Assembly: GCA_963693365.1 (NCBI GenBank) | Contig: CAVNZM010000004.1 | Coordinates: 7,849,093 to 7,913,092 of the forward strand | Length of the DNA stretch: 64,000 nt | Source: Amoebidium appalachense | Lineage: Eukaryota > Protista > Ichthyosporea | Reading direction: 5' to 3' | Part shown: positions 12,325-27,371 of the stretch, piece by piece | Position numbering within the stretch: the first letter of the stretch is position 1 | Layout of the letters: each line of letters opens with the position of its first letter | Program-made: the position numbers and the translations under genes | Notes under the pieces: model-generated | What the model saw: the letters and a program-made list of their open reading frames with translations, nothing else | Told to the model about the DNA's origin: nothing | Databases searched by the model: none

Positions 12325-13227
12325 ATTCACTCACTCACTCACTCACTCACTCACTCACTCACTCACTCACCCACTCACTCACTCACTCAAAAATGCATCC
12401 ATAATAAGCACCACCATGTAAACGCAACAACCGTTCTTCTTCACCTCTCAAGCCCATAACCTGGCAAACACTTGAGGTTAAAGAGGGCGGGCGGGCGGGC
12501 GGGTGGATGGGGAGGGGGCTTGAATCTTTGGTGCGGGTTGTAGATTTAGGGTTGGGTTTATGCAAGGCTTCGTTTGTGCTTATGTCGACATAGGTAGGAG
12601 CAAAACACAATCTATGCACATGAACCGTAAAATAAAATAGAATAGATCTCTGCCTTACGGAGGAGGTAGGGAGAAATCTGTGGGCGGATAGTTCAAACAT
12701 AACGGCACATGGCCATGTAAATATACTTGTATAATCTTGAGACAAAAGTTAAAACATTATTTTCAATATTCATTATTAAAAAAAATAAAAAAATATTTAC
12801 ACCTAGACCTCACGTCGTTACCGTTTCTCAGTCTGCTTATTCAGGACAAGACTAGATATCCATTTGAAAACGTTAATGGGTTGCATTGCCAATAAAAACT
12901 GGTGCAATTTATCACATCTCCCCCCTCCTCTCCCTCCCTCCCCCCGCTCTCCCCGCCCCTCCTCCCCCCCCCCCCCCTCCCCCCCCCCCCCCCCCCCCCC
13001 CCCCACACACACCCAACCACACACACACACACACACGTAGGGCCACCCAACAACAAAGTACGGGAGAGGGGGGGGGGGGGGGGGGGGAGGGGAGGGACCG
13101 GGGGGGCCGGGGGAGAAGGGTGCATCATTGATTGGCCACACATGTTCACGGGGGGGGGGGGGGGAAGGGGGGGAGCAGGGGGGGGGGAGCTGCAGAAGAA
13201 TGAAGAGAAAGGCAAAGCAGAAACCCC

Positions 13228-13268
<41 letters not shown>

Positions 13269-13345
13269 TAAAAAGGAAAAGAAAATGAAAGTGGGGCAGA
13301 AGAGGAGGAAATAGAGAGAGAGGCTCCCGGGCTGGAGAGTGTTAT

Positions 13346-13430
<85 letters not shown>

Positions 13431-13451
13431 AGGGGGACAGGAGGGGCGGGG

Positions 13452-13482
<31 letters not shown>

Positions 13483-13485
13483 GGG

Positions 13486-13517
<32 letters not shown>

Positions 13518-13599
13518 AGGGGGGTAGGAAGTGAAAAGGAACGGGATGAGGCAAGGGAAGATGGTTCAGAAGGAAGAAACCCGCGGCCGTTGAACAACT

Positions 13600-13840
13600 C
13601 GGAACAGTATTATTACTAAGTAGTCCACACGTACTTTCCTCTATTCAAGTTCCTCTATCTAATTCTGTCACAGCCCGTTGCTCCACCCATGGTTTCTCGT
13701 ATCTCTGTGACAGTCACTTCACTCCAGCTCTCAAAGGTTCTCCAGTCCCCTCTCTCCCTCCTCCCCAGGCCCCTTCCCCACCTCTCCTCCTCACTCCATG
13801 CATCATCCTCCTCCTCCGAGGCTCCCCAAGTGCGCATTCA
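13600..13840 (-). mobile_element. Possible highly decayed LINE fragment (pre-RT region)
   Basis: EVTVTEIRETMGGATGCDRI resembles the EITxEEI...(A/S)PGPDGI motif, followed by stops. Weak. Confidence 0.3.
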
Positions 13841-14204
13841 CTTGTGCGTACACACACACAAAATCACCGTAAGCAAGATAAACAAAGCCTAAGTAATGAC
13901 AACGTGATAGATATTATCATCCCTACTATACGCGTACGTACTGTCGAATAGCTTAGGGCGTAGATAAGAAGAAGCTTACGCGAACTAAATTAAAGGAACA
14001 AGAAAAACATGGCGGCAATGTGCTAAACCAGGAATTGTTGCATCTTTTCTTTCTTTTTTTTTTTTTTTTTTGAACTTCGTGAAACTGTAATAGTTTTTAT
14101 CTAGCTGGGGATTTCAACGTAGGGCACTGCCAGCACCTGAGCATATCTTTCGTAAGAATTAAAAAATTGTGTGTATGTATGTTGTGGTGGTAGTGGTGGT
14201 GGAT

Positions 14205-14270
<66 letters not shown>

Positions 14271-15281
14271 GGGGGGGAGGGGGAGGGAGGGGGAAGGGGG
14301 GGAGGGGGGGGGGGGGGGGGATTGAACGTGCACTTGTACAACCGCGGGGAAATGGAACGCACACGTATGTACACTCGTGTGCACGTGCGTACGTGCGAAT
14401 AACGGGCTACCGCCGCGAGTCGTGCGCATGAGCTAGCTTACAGTGGAAAAAGAAATTAAAAAGGCGTATGAGGCTGTTTGATTCAGGCCTGTGAACAGTT
14501 TTCACATGCACATGCATATGGCCGATGTTGATGATGATGGGCTTCTGTGTGCACGTGTGACCGTCAGGTCATCTTTTGCTTCTGATGACCTGCTGCAGTC
14601 ATGACAATCGTGTTCAAATCAGGGGCCGAATCACGAGGTCGTGGCTTTACTTAGCGTGCCAGCAACTTAAAACGGATTCCGGTTGTGCACGTGATATATC
14701 ATGGTGATTTGACAGAGGGCTCACGCAACAAGGAGCTTGTGAGTTGCCCAGGCGAGATTCAATATTGAAGCATATGTCGTGGACTGGCCCGGCCAGGCAG
14801 CTGCAGGGGATCTCGAGGGGGATGTGCATGTCTGCCCAAGCACGTCATGTTGAACAGGCTGTGGTGTGTGATAGAAGAAGGAGTAGGGGAGTTGAGGCAA
14901 GGTAATAAACGGTGGATAGAGTTTATATTGACAAGAAATACCGTATACCAAGTAGACGTGAGTGAGTGTCGCGACACAACTAGCTAGGAGGTTTGTCTGC
15001 ATTTGCACACGTGATGCATGTACGTGTGTGAATCGGAAGATCTTCACATACATAGTTGGAATGGATAAGCGAGGGAATCCAAAGGAAAGCGGATGAGCAC
15101 AATAGAACGTGTGCTTATGCGAAAGTATTTTTGGCGCAAGAAACAAAATGCTACTGCGTCAGTCATGCAGAGCTACCAAGTTTCATCTTGTGATGATCAC
15201 GTGAACGAGTTCAGGCTCTTCAGGGCTTTGTTTACCTTAGCGCTGATTAGTTCGGAGCGCATCAAGGACTAAGAAAAATAC

Positions 15282-15352
15282 GATTGGTCCTTAGAAACCA
15301 ATAGGAACTATTATAAAGCTGAAATTTAGTTATTGGCGTTTACGAGCCAATC
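15282..15352. promoter_or_regulatory. Cluster of CCAAT boxes upstream of the dehydrogenase gene
   Basis: ATTGG, CCAAT, ATTGG and CCAAT within ~70 bp, about 550 bp upstream of the ATG at 15881. Confidence 0.45.
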
Positions 15353-15880
15353 GCAGCGCCGCCAGCTGCCCAGGCAAACCAATTAAAACGAAGATGCAGC
15401 TACTCTGTGACCTTGGCCACTCGAGCTTGCAAGCTCCCCTGGAAAAAAGCACATCGAGAAAAAACCACACTGTCAGCCTATGAAAAAGTATAAAGGGCAA
15501 GAAGCGTGGGGGGAAGTTTGTATGGTTCTTATTTTCTTTTGAATCCTCTCCCTCTTTCGCAAGCATAACGCCTCATAAGTCTGTTTCACACAAGCGCCGT
15601 CCCCCAGCTGACACGTATGGGCACGCCGTATGCATCCCCTTTCGACACAGTTTTGTGCTTAGTCTCAGAGGCCCTTATAGCACTACCAACCCGATATTTC
15701 ATGAGCTAGTAAACAATAGCCCCTTCTTAGCACCAAATTTTCATTCAGTTTACCACATGCAAACCCTCAAATTTTTGATGCGTGAGTACAGTGACCCTTT
15801 CTTCCACCGAACCAGTTTCCAAAACTACAAAGAGTCTCTACCTCCGTACCTCCTCTACACCCACGTGTATACCAGCCAAC

Positions 15881-17932
15881 ATGTCTGTGCCTCTGTGTGA
15901 CGATTCTCTCCCCCGCCTTGCCTCACGCGGCCTTTCCGTTCCCACCTGCAACCGTCTGTCTCTCCGCCATTCGTGGGTGCACTTTGGCCCCAGCCATTTC
16001 TTCTGCGCCCACCAAGCATTCTACGTCCACAAGATGAACGAATATCTTCACCAGCAGCACATGGGTGAGAAAGGGGGAGGGGCCGGCTGGTGTGGGCATC
16101 ACAGTTGTCGGTCTACGTTCCCCTCAAGTTATCGACGCGCTCAACGAGCAAGATGGGCTCTACACTTTGGTCGAACAGGGGGTGGACGGAAATACCCTTA
16201 CGGTGGTCGGGTCGATTGTGGACTGCCTGTGTGCTCCACGCGACAAGGCCCGTCTTCTCGAGATTCTCACATCCCCCGAGACACACGTGTTGTCCCTCAC
16301 CATCACTCAGGAAGGCTATCACCTCACATCCACTGCCCCCCGCCGCCTTCGCACCAACTCGGCCGACGTGCAGAGCGACATTTTTAACCCTTCAGACCCT
16401 ACCACCGCTGCGGGGTTCATCGTCGAGGCACTCCATCGCCGTTTTGTGTCTGGAATTCCCCCTTTTACTGTTCTGTCGTGCGATAATATTCCGGACAATG
16501 GTCAGCTCCTACGTCTTGCGGTTATGGACATGGCACGGCTGCAAAAGCGCACAGGCACGTTCCTGCGTTGGCTGGCCGGCAGATGCACATTTCCGGACAG
16601 TATGGTGGACAGAATTACCCCACACACAAACGACGACCTGGCCTCCCTCGTGCGCTCACACGGCATCATCGACTCTCGGCCTGTCCCCACCGAGGCAAAC
16701 TGGAGCCAGTGGGTAATTTCGGACAACTTCTGCAACGAAAAGCCCCCTCTTGACCTTGTGGGGGTTGAGTTTATGGAGACCACGCAGGTTGCGGAGATGG
16801 TGAAACTGCGCATGGTGAATGGGGCCCACATGGCCATGGGGGTGGTGGGGCTGCTGGCCGGATATACCCACGTGCATGAGGCTATGGCCTCCCCCAGGTG
16901 TGTATTTGGACCCCCCCCCCCCCCCCCCTCAATACTCCAAGTTTCCACTATCTCCTAAGATCCTCCCCCCCCCCCCCCCCCCCACCCTTATTGGAAATTC
17001 AATCTTGTATTTCATTTCGTTCATGCCTTTACGCTTTTTAATCTCTATTTCACTGCCCCTTGGCACGACCTATTCATTTCCCTCTCAAATGCCTGTATTT
17101 TTGGACCTTGACTTTCTTTACACAGCCCACTCGAGCACTAGCCGCCACCCCTCCCCCCCCTCCCCCCGCCCCCCCTCCTCCCCCCCCCTCCCCCTCCCCC
17201 CCCCCCCCCCCCCCCCCCCTCCCACTTTCCCATTTCTCCCATTGTATTGGACAGCCCCCCCTCCCCACTTTCCCATTTCTCCCAGTGTAATGGACAGAAC
17301 CTTAACGGTTCTAATGGGCATATGCTTCTTTTGTTCGTTAATATTCTTACTTTTATTGGTACCACTCCTCCGACAAGAATATTAGGCCTCCCCCCCCCCC
17401 CCCCCCCCCCCACAAAAAAAAAAAAAAAAAAAAAAAAAAACTCCAATCCTCCCCCGCACCCACCTCCTCTCGTCTCAACCACCACCTCACACGTGATATT
17501 CCCACACAGAATGCGCTCGTTTGTTCTGGGCTTCCACGCCGAGGTCTCCCGCTCCATCGCGCTCCACGTACCCGACCTGGACGTCCGCAACTACACCGCC
17601 CGCCTGCACCAACGTCTTGCAAATCCGGCCATCAAGGACCAACTCGTCCGGCTGGTTCGTGACGTCACAAAGAAGCTGGACGTGCGTTTTCTCTCTGCAG
17701 CACGTGACGTAATGAGCTTATCGGACGGGGAGCCTAATTCCGTACGGTACATCTGCCTGGCGGTGGCTGCGTGGATGCATTTTTGCGGTGGAAAGTGGGA
17801 GGTGGTGGACCCATGCGCGGGAGAGTTGAGGGAGATTGCGAAGACCGGGGACCCGATGGGGTTTTTGCGTGAGGAGTGGTTCGGGTCGGACCTTGTCTCT
17901 TGCCCTGGATTCGTCGATCAGGTAATGATACT

Positions 17933-17966
<34 letters not shown>

Positions 17967-18275
17967 CTGTGGCCCCTCTTCCTCTCCTCGCTCCCCCCTC
18001 ACACCTTTGCTTTCTACTCCAAACCCCCTTCCCTCCCCCCCCCCCCTCCCCCCCCCCCTCCCCCCCCCCCCCTCTCCCCCGGGGGCCCCCCTGCCTTCTC
18101 ATTCATGTTTCGCCCTTAGGCTCCCCACCCATTTTTCCGCAAGCAAAGAAAGTTTATAACACACCCCAGAACGTATCTGCCACAATCACCTTTTCACACA
18201 CGATTGCAATCATGAGTTACCAGAAATTATTACACTTGAACACTTCTCACGCCTGTCTCCCCCCCTCCACCCTCC

Positions 18276-18330
<55 letters not shown>

Positions 18331-18589
18331 ACAGGTGCTTGAGGCCTACCATGTCATTGCCATATATGGGATGCCCTCCACCCTCGACCACTATCGCCGC
18401 CACCACAGCCGTAAGGCCACCTATGCCGGGCCCCTTGCTTCTGGAAGTTTCGACGTGCTTGCACGTGTGCGCACGGGGACCAATCCGCGCAACGCTCGCG
18501 TTTCATTGGACAAGGGCGCAAAGAGGGCTGGTGTTGCTGCGACCGTATTGGTGGATGTGGTCGAGGGGGAGGCGGCTGGTGGCATGTGA
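15881..18589 (+). CDS. Mannitol 2-dehydrogenase family (polyol-specific long-chain dehydrogenase)
   Basis: Exons 15881-16897, 17510-17921, 18335-18589; one frameshift near the G-runs at 16073-16082. Motifs VHFG...AHQA, LNEQDGLYTL, SLTITQEGY, PFTVLSCDN, FPDSMVDRITP, QWVISDNF, KLRMVNGAH, RLANPAIKDQLVR. Confidence 0.93.
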
Positions 18590-19071
18590 TTGGATGTTGT
18601 TCACGTCAAGTGTTTCTACGATTTTTCATTGAGTGAAGAAGTTGGTATTTGTCAACATATGGTGTTAGATACCTGGCAATTTCTTTTTGTATTTGTGGGA
18701 GAAGAAAAATTACAGAATAGAGAATATGCAAAGCTATGCCGTTGTATATAACGTGCACCTGTGGTGCTGTAAGAAAAACTAAAATGTAGACGGGAAAAAT
18801 ACCGTCTTGAAAAATCCAGCAAAAGAATTTTACCTCTGTATAAATGAGAGATAGAAATACGGGCAGTTTTTTTTTGAGGCAGAAACTTATGTTGGGCGGA
18901 AAACTCGCACAAAATGCGCATTTCATGGTCCCCAACCAATAAACCCACTGGAGTCAGTAGGCAAACTGTATTCCTTTGTCCTCTTCCCCCACCCGCAAAC
19001 CGACATTACCCCTCCACCTTTCCCCCCCCACCCCCAATCGCACACATACATCCAACCATCACCCCTTTCTA

Positions 19072-19121
<50 letters not shown>

Positions 19122-19366
19122 CCCGCGCACACACGTTTCCTTCCAAGTGCTCAACATTCTTTTCAATTAGAAATTTGCATGCACGGGCGATAGAAAAAGG
19201 GATAGTAAGACATTTTATAGTAAAAATATCAGAGTAGGCGGTGAGCCACCATAACTTTACCTTTATGAACACCACTCTTCCCTCGAGGCCCCCTCTTTCC
19301 CCTACTGAGAAACAAACTTCCTACCCAACCCTGCCTCGCCCACGGAACTTCCGCCTATGCTCTCAA

Positions 19367-19405
<39 letters not shown>

Positions 19406-21272
19406 CCCCATCCCTCCGCTCAAGGAAAAAACTCGAGCACACACACAATTCTATGGGCTGGTGATACACTTAAGAAAATATACAGAAAACTCAAGATCTT
19501 CCCATGCTATGCTTAGACACACACACATAACAGATGCACGTAATTTAAAACACACACCGTCACATGCGCGCATGCTCATACCGGGATGCACACACACCCT
19601 CAGACTAACAACACTCACCCTCCAAGTCCATACTCGGTTTCGGGATGTAAATGTATCCCACAAAAAGCAATCAGATCTAGAATGTGAATCCCCCTTCTCC
19701 CCCCCCCCACCCCCCCCCCCCCCCAAAAAAAAAAAAAAAAAGAAAAGAAAAAAAAAAAAAAAAAAACAACAAAAAAAACTCAAACACTGACAAAGAAGAA
19801 AAGAAAAAACACGCAAACATACACACACAATGTCACACTACAACACCAACCAAGCCACTTCACCCCAGCCGTCAGGCCAAATCTTAGTTCTTAGAGCTAC
19901 ATAGTCGACGAACACCCATAGACATCCACCCTACAACGTACGCACACATGCAGGCACACGCCATGCTCTGACAAATATACGAGTGTTTACATACAAGTTT
20001 TGCCTGAAACTATCTGACATAAACACCGTTCACGCACACACACCCCATCTAACAGTGTCACATGCAGATGCACAAAGACCCCCCCCCCCCCCCCCCCCCC
20101 CCCCCCCTTTCACACACACACAGTGTACACAAACATCACATGTAGATGTAATGCGGACAGGTTTTCCATAGACATGTACATGTTTCCGCATTCACAGGCA
20201 TCAGCCCCCCCCCCCTCCCCTTCCCACACACACACACAGAACGCACCAGCCATCCACCCAGGCGTCTGTACACGTGTGCGAGCACACAAAGCACAAATTC
20301 ACATATGAATACCAAAATCCAATCACATCATTTATTACTCCATAGGCGAATCAAACGAAACCACTGGTCACCACCGGCCAGCAAATACAAACAAAAGAAC
20401 AACAACAAATACCAAAACACACAGACTACGGCCACCCACACACCTACTGCTGCCGTTAAAATCCAGCATGCACTCATGCTAGGGCCGCAGCGTGTGTATG
20501 GATATGTGTGCGCGCGCGTGTCTTTGTATCATTTATGCACCGTGTCTAATTTGTGGGTGTCTATTACTGTAATAAGTGTCGCGAGTGTGTGTGTGTGTGT
20601 GGTTGTGTATGTGTGCGTGCATGCGCCATATTTATGTATCGCTTTTACACAATGTGCAGGCCTTCCACAAATACGAGCCGTAACGTGCATCATCTCTTAC
20701 ATATGTATTCAATCATTTGGTTACAACCGAGCCAAAGCATCCCCACCGGATAAAAGCGTACAGAGTTCAGACATTCGAAAAAACAGTGCGCACGATCAAT
20801 ACAGTCCTACGTACGATCATCAGCCAGGGTATTAGAAAAAAGGGGAACCAAAAAAAGGCTATCTACTCATGACAAACGTTTTTTTTGTTTTCTTTTTCAT
20901 ACACGTCCTCACCCCAAGTCCTGCATATATCATCCACGGACTACACCCCCCCCCCCTCCCCCCCCCCCCCCCCCCCCACCCACCCACCCACCCACCCACC
21001 CACCCATACTTCCCCCCCCCAATCCGCCGCCCCACTCTGTCCTTCGTGCACACATGCAACCCCCCACCCTCCCTTCTACACTGGTTCAAGTCAAGGATAG
21101 TGTTTGACGTGCTTGCCCCCCCCCCCCCCCCCCCCCCCCCAACCAACCAACCCATCCACTCCATGCACACCCATATCCACCCACCCACCCTGCCTCTCCT
21201 CCCCATCCACATCCACACCTACATTCAGTGTCCTTCGTAACAATATTGCCACTAACCACACGAATAGTGCCC

Positions 21273-21420
21273 CTACTCGTCGAGTTGGTTGAAGTTGATG
21301 AGATGAGTGACGTGCTTGTTCTGGACCTTCTTGATCTTGTGCACCTTCTTCTTCTTTTTATCCTCTTTGGCCTTGGGGCCGCTCTTCAAAGTCTTCACCA
21401 TGATCGACCCGTCTGTGTGC

Positions 21421-21482
<62 letters not shown>

Positions 21483-21924
21483 GAGGGGGGGGGGGGGAGA
21501 AACCCATTCAGTACCCACCTCACCTCCCAATTCACTCCAATGCACCAAACCGCACCCTTTTAAAAGAAAAAAAAAGAGAAGAAAAGGAAAAAAAAAAGGA
21601 AAGAAAACAAACAAAAAAAAGCCACTCAATACTCCACCCCGCCGCCCAATTCCCTCACATGCACCATACCGCACCATTCCCCTCCCCCCCCCCCCCCCCC
21701 CTCCTCCCCCTCTCCCCCCACCCCCTCCACCCCCTCTTCTTGATCCCCTTCCCCCCTCCCCCCCCTCAAAATATTAGCCATATTGATGTTGCATTCCCAC
21801 ACAAGTCATACCAAACCCCAAACCACACACACACACAAAAGAGGACCCAAAATGCGTGCATGCTCAGACGCACCAATCCATCAAAGAAACCTATGATGCC
21901 AACGCTGTTTTTCACCAACGACAG

Positions 21925-21966
<42 letters not shown>

Positions 21967-22133
21967 CACATGCACACACACATCACCACCACTAACAGGC
22001 CCCATCCCACCCGAAAACTAATATCCAAAACATTTGCACACTCTTACATACACCATACAGACACACTGCACTCTTCATATTCCATACAGACACACCGCAC
22101 AACTGCACAGACGCCACACACAGGCACGCACAG

Positions 22134-22206
<73 letters not shown>

Positions 22207-23041
22207 CCCGCTTCATCCCCCCCCCCCCCCCCCCCCCCCCCTCCTCCTCCTCACACCTACACATCATAATCCCCCCCATCCTCCCCCCTCCCCCTCCCCC
22301 TCCACACACGCACACATGGGCACAGGCACACATACCGATGACGGTCTGCATCTCGACCTCATCCGCCCTCTTCACATCCTCCCATTCCTTCTTGAAATCT
22401 GCAACCCCAAACCCCACACAGTCAGACACCATGAATCCACTAACCGTTCATTTCGGGATTTCCTTTCCAGCCCCCACTTTCTCCACAACTTTCCTCCATG
22501 ATATATCTAAAGATTGGTACAAATCACTACCTTGCCGACAGGAAAATAGCTCCCCCCCCCCCCCCCCCCCTTCCCCCCAAACACACCTAAACCGCCCCAC
22601 ACAATTCCAACCCCCCCCCCCCCCCCCCCCCCCTTCCCCCACAGCTGTCAACCCCCAAGTCTGCTTGCCCGTCTTCACACCACAACCACACCTCCCTCAC
22701 GTACACAAAACAACCACACCACATCCACATGCCCATACCCCAACCCACCCACCCACCCACCCACCCAGCCCCCCCCCCCCCCCCCCCCCCCCCCCACCCA
22801 CAAACCCACCGCCCCTCCCTCCCCTCCCTTGCCCCCCCCCCCCCCCCCTCCTTCCCCTCCACTCCCCCGCCCCCTCCCCCTACACCCACACACCAGGTCC
22901 TTTCACTTAATCGTGTCTATCCCCCTCCTCCCCCCCCCCCCACCCCACCCACCCACCCACCCACTCACCAGGTCCCTTCACGTACCCGAGTCTATGTCTA
23001 CAAATTAGCTCGGTGCCAGCAGGCGTGGGTGGCTGAAGCAC

Positions 23042-23076
<35 letters not shown>

Positions 23077-23463
23077 ACCCACCCACCCACCCAACAACAA
23101 CCAAAAAAACAAAAAAAACAAAAACAAAAAAAAAAAAAAAAAAAAAAAAAAAACACCCACACACACTAGCACACACTAAAACCTACCCGAGTCTATGTCG
23201 ACAAAGTAGCTCGGAGCCAGCAGGCTGGGGTGGCTGAAGCACACATAGTCCACCTTGCCGCTCTTGCCCGATGTGATTGCCGTGATTACACGGCCCTCCT
23301 TCTTCATGGCCTGAACACACACACAGAGGCACTGTCAGACACACGTCTCCGATTGCTGCCCCCCCCCCTGCATCCTTTTAGAATGGGGAAAGAAAAAAGA
23401 AAAAAAGAAAAAAAGGAAAAAAGAAAAAAGAGGAAAGAAAGAAAGAGAAGAAACGAGAGGCTA

Positions 23464-23502
<39 letters not shown>

Positions 23503-23758
23503 ATGAAAAAAAGGGGAAAAAAGGAAAGGAACAGAGGAAAAAAGAAAGAATGAAAGAAAACAAAGAAATGAAAGAAGAAAAGAAGAAGAAAAAAGGAAAA
23601 AAGAATAAAGAATAAAGAAAAATGAGGGGGGGGGAGGGGGGGGGGGGGGGGGGAGGGTGGAAGGCATACAACAGCGTTATCAATCCTGTATTCTCTCTTC
23701 CTCCCCCCCCCTCTCATCCTCACCAACCAACAAAGTCACCAGCATAAAATCATATACC

Positions 23759-23809
<51 letters not shown>

Positions 23810-24833
23810 CTCCCCCCCTCACACACTGGCACCCCCTCCCCCCCCCCCCTCTCCCCGGGCACACACCACACGTACCTCCAGGATGGTCTCTACGGTTGGG
23901 TTTGAGTCTCTCATCTCTGCAAACAAAGAAGAAACACCCAGTCAGCCCAACCTACCTTGCCCCCCTCCCCCCCCCCCAAAAAAAAAAAAAAAAAAAAAAA
24001 AAACTTGCCGCAGATTCGCAACACCCCACCTCCCCCCCCCCCCCCCCCCCCCCCCACCACCAAACCCAACCCACCCACCTACACACACACGCACACACAC
24101 AGAATATCAAAAAGAAATTGCGATGACGATGTATTTGATCTATTCGATATTTTTTGCAAGCGTCTAGAGGGGGAGAAGGGGGGGGGGGGGGGGTAGCCGA
24201 CGGAGGTGGTAGTGGTATTGCTGGTGGGAATGATACATGCACAAGAAGGTGAAGGGAAAACCAAAACAGAAAAGGGAGGGGAGGTGCGCGTGTGCGCGCC
24301 CGCGCGCGCGTGTGTGTGTGTGTGTGTGTCTGTGCCTGTGTGGGTGAGTGTGGGGGGTAGGGGGAGGGGGGGAGGGGGAGCGGAGCAGGGGGAGCGGGGA
24401 GGGAGGGAAGTGGAGGGGGGAGACGAGAGAGAGAAAAAAAAAATGGTGTACCGCTCATAAGCAGGCCACCCTTTGGGCCTGACTCGAGCTGTGCAGCCAA
24501 AAGAACTTCAATCTCCTCGGCAGTGCGGCAATCGTACTCGGGCTAGGAGAGGGCACCGTCAGAAACATGAGTATGTGCACGCACCACAGAGCAAAAAAAA
24601 AAAAAAAAAAAAAAAGGGTTATGTGCATGCACCACACAGTAAAATTAATGATTAATTATAAAAATAAAATTAAAAAAGAGTGGGTATGTGTATACACCAC
24701 ACAGTAAAAAAAAAAAAAACGTGGGATCGAACAAGTAATTATGGGCATGCACCACACACACAATAAAAAAACAAGTGTAAATGTGAACACATGATCATAT
24801 ACAGAGAAAGGCGAGGGTATGTTGCACGCACCA

Positions 24834-24891
<58 letters not shown>

Positions 24892-25875
24892 GGGAGAATG
24901 TGCAGGTACCACACGGTTTTAAAAAAATATGGAGAGAATGTGGTGTGAGCGTGCAAAAAAAAAAGGAGGAATATACCACACGCCAAAAATAATAAATAAT
25001 AATAATAATAATATTAATAAAAAAAAAGGAGGGAATGTGCATGTACCACAAAGTAAAAAAAGAAAAGTGGTAATGTGCATGTACCACACAGTGAAAAAAA
25101 AAAAAAAAAAAAGTGGGAATGTGCATGCATCGCACAGAGAGGAACGGGTTTAATGGTGCCCACACCACCACATGTTCTTGGGCATGCGCTACACAGAAAA
25201 ACGTATAAATGTGCACACGTCCCACAAACAACGCGGACACCAAACAGAAACGAATAAGCCAGAATATGGAGGCGGAGGATTGCGGGGGCCAAAGAAACTC
25301 CCCATCACCCCCCTCCCTTCCCCTTCCCTGCCCAAAAAATACAACAATAATAAACACAAATAAAAAATCCCTACCTCCCCATCCTCCATCCCCCCCCCCC
25401 CCCCCCCCCCCATGTGTCCCCTTTTCTCTCAACAACGACAACAGGAAAAAAAAATCCCCCCCCCCCCCCCCCCCTCCTCCCCTCCCCCCCTCAAATAAAA
25501 ATACGAGTAAAAACAAAGTAAAAACCACCATGATAACAAAGAAAGCGAGAAAAATCCAACCAAGACCCACCTTGTACTGAAACACGTCATCCTGGACTGT
25601 CAGCTGGACGTTTCTCTTCAGCAGATCAAGCAGTCTGTCCACAGAGAATCAGCACACACATACACAGACAGACACATGCACGAACACACATGCACTCGTA
25701 CTTGCATGCACATGCACACACAGACACATGGAGGAGAACACATGCACACACACACACACACAGACACATGCACGAGCACACCTAGACACATGCAGGAGCA
25801 CACATGTACACAAACACACGCACACAGGCACATATGCACGAACACACATTAGTGCGCACACAGGCACATATGCAC

Positions 25876-25935
<60 letters not shown>

Positions 25936-26755
25936 CATATGCACGAACACACATGCACACACACCCACACAGAAAGACAGACACGTGCGCGAACACACAC
26001 GTACATACACACATACAGGCACAAATGTGCACAGACGTACATGCCCAACTGTGCGTCCACCCACACCCACACAAACACAAACAGAGAGAGAGTGGAAGGG
26101 AGGGGCGGAGGGGAAAGACAGGGGGGGAGGGGAGAGAGAGAGAGGAGAGAGAGAGAAAGACAGCAAAAGAGAGAGAGAGAGAAAGACAGCAAGAGAGAGA
26201 GAGGGAGAGAGGAGGAAGAGGGCGGACAGGAGGGGTTGTCAACGAGAGAGGGAGGGAGGAACCGAGGGAGAGAGCAAGGGAGGCATGGGGAAAGAGATTG
26301 TGAGAGGGAGCAGAGAGTGTGTGAGTACGAGAGAGAGGAGAGAGGAAAGACAATCAACACACACGCTCAAGAATACACGTGCAGACAGTTGTGGACCGAT
26401 TAGTTTGGGACTATAAATGGGAATGTGTAAAAGGTGCGGGGAGCTGAGAAGCAGCCCGCCGAGGCGCCGGGGAGGGGGGAGGAGGAGGGCAAAAGAGGGG
26501 TGGGGAGGGAGTAGGTATGTGTTTGTGACTAAAATGTGAATGCAATTAAGTGGGTGATGGGTGGAAGGGGGCGGGGGGGGGGGGGGGGGGGGGGGGGGAA
26601 AGGGGGGAGAAAGCAAACACAGAGAAGGCATCCAAGCAACCCCCCCTCCTCTCCCCCTCTCCCTCCCTCCCCCCCCCCAAACCCCCTCCAACCACAATTC
26701 ACCCACCCATCCACCCAAAAGGTCATCTGCACCCACCGTGGGAGCAAAAAAAAAC

Positions 26756-26826
<71 letters not shown>

Positions 26827-27292
26827 GGCGAACAGAGAGAAGGCATGGAAGCAAATCCCCCCCCTCTTTACCCCCCTCCCAACCCCCCCCCCCCCCCCCC
26901 CCGCCCCACCTTTCCCCGCCCACCCTTCAACCACAATTTACCCATCCATCCATCCATTTCCCTCCCCTCTCCCCACCTCCCCCCTCCCCTCCCCCCCCCC
27001 CCCCCCACCAAGCCCCCTTCTTACCCCCCCCCCCCCCCCCCCCGCCCTTTCCAATCACCATTTACCCATCCATCCATCCATTTTACGCAAAAAGTTCATC
27101 TGCACCCACCTCGAGTCCCCCCTCAGGTCCATGCCCAGGTGATTCTCAATGTCCACAATAGTGATGGTCTTCCCCTGCCTCGACTGCAGTCCCCCAAAAA
27201 GGGTTAATAATAGTGTCAAGGACTATAACTTGGCAACTGGCAAGCCGAGGATAAAAAAAAAAAAAAAAAAAAGCCAACGACAACCAAACGTT

Positions 27293-27371
<79 letters not shown>

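Noticed and set aside
14322-14430. Possible further poly-C element end (...GTGCACGTTCAATCCCC on the - strand)
   Set aside because: It lacks the GTACTTCGT and CATTC motifs and is too divergent to assign.
21865-21890. Micro-exon GFFDGL in TFIIE-beta
   Set aside because: The flanking exons join in phase without it, and including it breaks the frame.
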